From NCBI GenBank assembly GCA_963817895.1, contig CAWFQB010000001.1:992001-1056000 (forward strand): a DNA stretch of 64,000 nt, read 5' to 3'. The notes under the pieces were generated by a model, which was not told the DNA's origin, searched no databases, and saw nothing but the letters and a program-made list of their open reading frames with translations. Source of the DNA: an uncultured Chthonomonadaceae bacterium (GTDB lineage: Bacteria; Armatimonadota; Chthonomonadetes; Chthonomonadales; Chthonomonadaceae). The position numbers were made by a program, and so were the translations under genes. Position 1 is the stretch's first letter. Every line of letters begins with the position of its first letter. Positions 59,627-64,000 of the stretch are shown piece after piece.

Positions 59627-61690
59627 ATGCACATTCCTGACGGCGTACTCAGTCCCTCTACTTCTGCGATTGCCGCAGCCGCCATGCTGCCCGTATGGAC
59701 GCTGGCGGCGCGGCGCGTTCGCTCGGAATTGGGAATGCGGCAAATACCGCTTTTGTCGCTCGGCGCGGCCTTCTGCTTCACCGTGATGATGTTCAACATT
59801 CCCGCGCTCGGTGGCACGACCGCGCACCCGGTTGCGGGAACCCTGCTGGCGATTCTGCTCGGCCCGTGGGCCGCTGTTATCGGCATTTCTGTCGCGCTGG
59901 GCATACAGGCGCTCTTTTTTGGGGATGGCGGCCTGTTGGCGTTCGGCGCGAACTGCTTTACCATGGCGTTTGCCCTGCCGTTTGTCGGGTACAGCGTGTA
60001 CCGCCTGTTTGCCGAACGGGGTTCCCCCGCGAAGTTGCCGCGCGCGTTCGCCGGGGCAATCGGCGCGTACATCGGCCTGAATGTCGCCGCCGCCATTGTC
60101 GCCGTGTTCCTCGGAATTCAGCCCGCCCTCTTCCACGAACCTAGCGGCCACGCCCTGTACTTTCCGTTCGGTCTGAACATAACCCTGCCCGCTATGCTCG
60201 GAACCCATCTATTGGTTGCCGGACCCGCTGAAGCCATCGTCACCGCCCTTGTTGTGAAGTACCTGCAAACGGCAGGCATCGCGCTGTATGGAGAAGAAAA
60301 AGAAAAGGAGAAAAGGAGAAAAGGAGAAAAGGAGACTGAACACCAAATACCGAATACCGAACACCGACAACCCTCATCCCTCATCCCTCATCCCTCTTCC
60401 CTTGCTGTCGGCCTGCTGGCCCTGATTGCGCTTACGCCACTCGGATTGCTGGCGAAGGGAGATGCGTGGGGGGAATGGGACGCGGCGGGCGTTCGGGAAC
60501 AGATCAAGCAGGCGCAGGGTACGGAGTACGTGCCGCAGGGAATCGCGCAGGCGGACGAACACGGCTATAAAGGCATACGCGGCCTACAGGATTATGCGGG
60601 CGACAAGGGCAAACTCGCGTATGCGGGCGCAGGTCTGCTCGGCGTAAGCGCGATTGCCGCGCTCTTGTTCCTCGGTGGGCGTCTGTTGACAAAACCGGAG
60701 GAAGGGGACAGAAAAGGAGAAAAGGAGAAAAGGAGAAGAGGAGAAGAGGAGAGGCTGGAAACAGAACGACCTCTATCAACTCTCAACTCTCAACTCTCAA
60801 CTTCCTTACCTGTCTGGCTGCAAACCTCTCCCGACTCCCGACAAGAACCGCCGAACATGGAGGGACCGCGCCCGAACCCGTTTCTGGAACGGACACTGGC
60901 GGGACTGGCGGAGAATGCGCGAACCAGCCTGCAATCGGAACACTGGGCGCGGCAGGCGGGATACTTGCAGCCGCTGGACCCCCGCGCGAAAGTGGCGTGT
61001 TTTCTCCTTCTGATTGGGATTGTGGCCGGACTGCACAGTTTGCCTGTTCTGCTGCTGCTGTACTCGCTTGCCCTGCTGCTGGCCCATACATCGCGCCTGC
61101 CGGCATCGCTTCTGCTCAAGCGCGTGTGGCTGTCCGTACCCATTTTTGTCGGCGCGTTGGCCCTGCCCGCCATGTTCAGTTTTGTCACGCCGGGGCGGAT
61201 TCTGTTCACGCTTTCGGAACGCCCCCTGATTGCCGTCACCATTCCCGGCCTGCTTGTGGCGGCGACGCTCACGCTGCGGGTTGGGGTTGCCGTCACGTTC
61301 GCTACCCTGCTGACGCTGACCACGCGCTGGAACGATCTGCTTCGCGCCCTGCGCATACTGTTCGTGCCGCGCCTGTTTCTCCTCGTGCTTGCCATGACAT
61401 ACCGCTATCTCGCCGTGCTGACGCAGATTGCCGGGGATATGTTTGTCGCCCGGCGCAGCCGAACGGTCGGCAGAATCAGTCATGCGGGCGGGCGCGGATT
61501 TGTCGGCGGCAGCATGGGCGCGCTCTTCGGCAAAACCCTCGCTCTGTCCGAAGAGGTGCATAACGCGATGCTGGCGCGCGGTTTCAACGGCGAGATGCGA
61601 ACTCTGTCCCCCCTGCGCTGGCGTCCCGCTGACTCCGCGTGGACAGCCGCAATGCTGCTCGTCGCGCTATTATGCGTAGCAATACAGTAA
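59627..61690 (+). CDS. cbiM: Fused ECF Ni/Co transporter: NikM/CbiM + NikN-like (PDGLE) + NikQ/CbiQ
   Basis: N-terminal metal-binding MHIPDG, GTTAH, QALFFGDGG; LTPLGLLA..AWGEW; LDPRAK...MTYRYL...AMLARGF. Confidence 0.9.
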   Translation: MHIPDGVLSPSTSAIAAAAMLPVWTLAARRVRSELGMRQIPLLSLGAAFCFTVMMFNIPALGGTTAHPVAGTLLAILLGPWAAVIGISVALGIQALFFGDGGLLAFGANCFTMAFALPFVGYSVYRLFAERGSPAKLPRAFAGAIGAYIGLNVAAAIVAVFLGIQPALFHEPSGHALYFPFGLNITLPAMLGTHLLVAGPAEAIVTALVVKYLQTAGIALYGEEKEKEKRRKGEKETEHQIPNTEHRQPSSLIPHPSSLAVGLLALIALTPLGLLAKGDAWGEWDAAGVREQIKQAQGTEYVPQGIAQADEHGYKGIRGLQDYAGDKGKLAYAGAGLLGVSAIAALLFLGGRLLTKPEEGDRKGEKEKRRRGEEERLETERPLSTLNSQLSTSLPVWLQTSPDSRQEPPNMEGPRPNPFLERTLAGLAENARTSLQSEHWARQAGYLQPLDPRAKVACFLLLIGIVAGLHSLPVLLLLYSLALLLAHTSRLPASLLLKRVWLSVPIFVGALALPAMFSFVTPGRILFTLSERPLIAVTIPGLLVAATLTLRVGVAVTFATLLTLTTRWNDLLRALRILFVPRLFLLVLAMTYRYLAVLTQIAGDMFVARRSRTVGRISHAGGRGFVGGSMGALFGKTLALSEEVHNAMLARGFNGEMRTLSPLRWRPADSAWTAAMLLVALLCVAIQ

Positions 61691-61691
61691 C

Positions 61692-61816
61692 GTAGGGGCG
61701 TTGCTTGCTGCGCCTTGCATTGCTCATTGCTGCGCCTTGCATTGCTCATTGCTGCGCCCGCGTTTGCGGAGGGTTCAGGCCTCATTTGAGGAGGGTTCAG
61801 CAAGCAGAACCCCTAC
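61692..61816. repeat. GTAG-type REP doublet (REPIN)
   Basis: GTAGGGGCGTTGCTTGCTGCGCC ... GGGTTCAGCAAGCAGAACCCCTAC; homologous to 12342-12487. Confidence 0.75.
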
Positions 61817-61841
61817 AATACACTCTAACCTTCTATCGTAT

Positions 61842-62717
61842 TTGAGTAGCAGACACAAAACGGGAGTCCTCCCCATCGAAAATCGAAAATCGAAAATCGA
61901 AAATCCTAACACCTTCTCCTTAACAAACGTGTCCTATCACTACCAGACGGGAACACCGGCATTGGAAGAGGTGTCGCTGACCATTGCGCAGGGCGAGAAG
62001 ATAGCGATATTGGGCGCGAACGGCTGCGGGAAAAGTACCCTGCTGCGCCTTTTGAGCGGGCTGGCGTTTCCGCAATCGGGACAGGTGCAGGCGTTCGGGC
62101 AAGATCTGACCGAAGCCGGGTTGCAGGACGAAAGTGCGGCCTATCGCTTTCGCCGCCGCGTGGGATTTATCTTCCAGAACTCCGACGCGCAGTTGTTTTC
62201 TTCCACCGTGCGCGAAGAGATCGCGTTTGGCCCGCTGCATATCGGCTTGACGCAGGCGGAAGTGGAAAGCCGCGTTCAGGACGTTGCCCGCCTGCTCGAC
62301 ATCGAAAACCTGCTGGATCGCGCCCCGTTCCAGCTATCGGGCGGCGAAAAAAAGAAAGTCGCGATTGGCTGCGTCCTCACCCTCAACCCCGATGTTCTAT
62401 TGCTGGATGAGCCGACGGCGGGACTCGATCCCCGTTCCCAATCGTGGCTGCTCGACCTGCTGCTGCGCCTCAACGCGGCGGGCAAAACCCTCGTCACCGC
62501 CACGCACGACCTGAACATGGTTCCCACGCTTGCCGACCGCGTGTTCGTGTTCAGCGAACAGCACCGGCTTGTGGCGCAAGGCCCGAGCGGCGACATTCTG
62601 GCCGACACGGATTTGCTGCTGCGCGTCAACCTCATCCATGCCAACTGGCATCGTCACAACGGCCTGTGGCACGTCCACTCGCACCCGCAAAACGCCACGC
62701 ATAATCATACTGTCTGA
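61842..62717 (+). CDS. cbiO: ECF transporter ATPase NikO/CbiO with His-rich C-terminus (start uncertain)
   Basis: GANGCGKST, FQNSDAQLF, LSGGEKKK, LLDEPT, ATHD; tail HANWHRHNGLWHVHSH. Confidence 0.9.
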   Translation: MSSRHKTGVLPIENRKSKIENPNTFSLTNVSYHYQTGTPALEEVSLTIAQGEKIAILGANGCGKSTLLRLLSGLAFPQSGQVQAFGQDLTEAGLQDESAAYRFRRRVGFIFQNSDAQLFSSTVREEIAFGPLHIGLTQAEVESRVQDVARLLDIENLLDRAPFQLSGGEKKKVAIGCVLTLNPDVLLLDEPTAGLDPRSQSWLLDLLLRLNAAGKTLVTATHDLNMVPTLADRVFVFSEQHRLVAQGPSGDILADTDLLLRVNLIHANWHRHNGLWHVHSHPQNATHNHTV

Positions 62718-62858
62718 ACCATGATTAGGCATGATTTTGATGATTAACATGATGATGCGCCATTAACGTGTGACTATCTGATTGGGAGAAGAGTGTGGTG
62801 ATGCGCCTTCTCAATCATGGCAATCACTTAAATCATGCTTAATCATGGTTCAAGACAA
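62711..62858. mobile_element. Third copy of the TGTCTGAACCATGATT MITE-like element
   Basis: TGTCTGAACCATGATTAGGCATGATT ... AATCATGCTTAATCATGGTTCAAGACAA. Confidence 0.75.
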
Positions 62859-62875
62859 TAGAAATCTATTTTTGC

Positions 62876-62904
62876 TTGACATACCTCTTGAATCTATGTA
62901 TACT
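62876..62904 (+). promoter_or_regulatory. Sigma-70 promoter with overlapping palindrome (possible PadR autoregulatory site)
   Basis: TTGACA-N17-TATACT; ACATA-N11-TATGT overlaps both hexamers. Confidence 0.7.
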
Positions 62905-62930
62905 GTTCTTCAAGTGGGAGGAATGGCATT

Positions 62931-63272
62931 ATGGCGCGAGATGTAGTGAAGGGGGATGTGCCAATGCTGGCGCTGTCGGCGCTGGCGGAGGGCGCGTGTC
63001 ACGGGTACGCGATTGCGCGGCGCATCGAGCAGCGCAGCGAAAAAGCCTTGCTGATGCGGGAGGGTTCGCTGTATCCCGCCCTGCGCGTGTTGGAGCAGAG
63101 CGAACTGATTGCGGGCGAGTGGGAAACGCAGCCGAGCGGCCCCGCCCGCAAGGTGTACCGCATTACCACAAAGGGGCAGGCGGAACTTACAAAGCGACGG
63201 CAGGAGTGGGACCAGTACGTCAACACGATCAACGCGATCATGGGGAGGAAAACCGATGCACAGCCGACTTGA
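62931..63272 (+). CDS. PadR family transcriptional regulator
   Basis: HGYAIARRIEQ, EGSLYPALRVLEQ, RKVYRITTKG. Confidence 0.93.
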   Translation: MARDVVKGDVPMLALSALAEGACHGYAIARRIEQRSEKALLMREGSLYPALRVLEQSELIAGEWETQPSGPARKVYRITTKGQAELTKRRQEWDQYVNTINAIMGRKTDAQPT

Positions 63273-63921
63273 GCAGTACGTGGAACAGGTGGAAACGCGG
63301 CTTGCCGAACTGCCGCCCGCGCAACGCGAAAGCGAAACCGAGGAGATGCGGCAGCACATCGCCGCCATGGTCGAGGCGCGAATGGAATCAGGACTTTGCG
63401 AAGACAAAGCCATCACCGAAACGCTGGAACAGTTCGGGCAGGCGCAAACGGTCAGCCGCGAATTGGCGCAGGCGCACGGACGTAACCACAAACTTCTGCC
63501 CGACAATTTGCTGACGGCGACGATTTGCGCCGTACTGTGCATCTGTGGGAGCGCGCTGCTACTGTTCTTGTCGCTTATTCGGATCGAGCGCGACGGTCTG
63601 CATTTGCGCTTATTGGACGGCTGCTCTCAGTATGTGCAGTGGGCTTATGAAGACAGCATAATGCTGGCAGGTTGTCTGGTGGCGGGCGCAATGACGGGCG
63701 CGCTTTTTCCGCGCCGCGCCCTGATGGGAATTTTGCTGCCGTATCTGGTCTGGTGTTCGATGGGAATCAGCAACATTTCCCGTCTGCACAACGTGGCTAT
63801 GCGCGACTATCTATGGGGTTGCGGCTTCTGGATAGTGACAGCGACATTTACGATGGCGGGCGCGAAAATGGGCGCAAGATGGCGCAAACGTCGCTACTAC
63901 CGCCGAAGACTTGTCGCGTAG
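63256..63921 (+). CDS. Membrane protein with N-terminal HAAS/permease-prefix domain (PadR partner)
   Basis: LEQYVEQVETRL...EEMRQHI...LEQFG then about 4 TM helices; overlaps padR; RBS GGAGG. Confidence 0.75.
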   Translation: MHSRLEQYVEQVETRLAELPPAQRESETEEMRQHIAAMVEARMESGLCEDKAITETLEQFGQAQTVSRELAQAHGRNHKLLPDNLLTATICAVLCICGSALLLFLSLIRIERDGLHLRLLDGCSQYVQWAYEDSIMLAGCLVAGAMTGALFPRRALMGILLPYLVWCSMGISNISRLHNVAMRDYLWGCGFWIVTATFTMAGAKMGARWRKRRYYRRRLVA

Positions 63922-64000
63922 CGCGAATGTATAGTGAACTTCATTCCGGCATAAAGGCTTTTGGTTTCCCGATGAACCTTTTACCCGCCTGCCGCAACCA

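Overview
64 kb of GC-rich bacterial chromosome. Gene style suggests Armatimonadota (Chthonomonadales-like); this is an inference. About ten otherwise intact genes carry small frameshifts, often at homopolymers, which looks like long-read consensus error rather than decay. Core content: mreBCD; a cysteine synthase/CBS plus cystathionine gamma-lyase pair; a cyanophycin operon (cphA, isoaspartyl peptidase, cphB); recX, rny, ymdB; aroF, tyrA; nrdR, HAD hydrolase, class II RNR nrdJ; GH4/GH36/enolase-family sugar genes; a fused NikM-N-Q plus NikO ECF transporter; and a PadR pair. Main accessory candidates: (1) a translationally coupled SNF2 helicase and sacsin-like GHKL ATPase with a degenerate HNH/Zn tail, a candidate defence system; (2) an island between recX and rny with a TPR-SLOG-class III cyclase that has non-canonical base-specificity residues, divergent from a membrane protein with a TIR/NDT-like domain; (3) two secreted beta-helix fibre proteins with S74 autocleaving chaperones, each behind a sigma-H-like promoter. 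Non-coding signals: a recurring RCAGGW-N18-GAA promoter motif, a 6S-like long hairpin upstream of rny, AT-rich synonymous patches around conserved nrdJ motifs, a MITE-like family supplying the stop codon of three genes, GTAG-type REPINs, and 7-8 nt tandem repeats forming intergenic hairpins and in-frame protein linkers. I saw no rRNA, tRNA, CRISPR array, transposase, integrase or reverse transcriptase.
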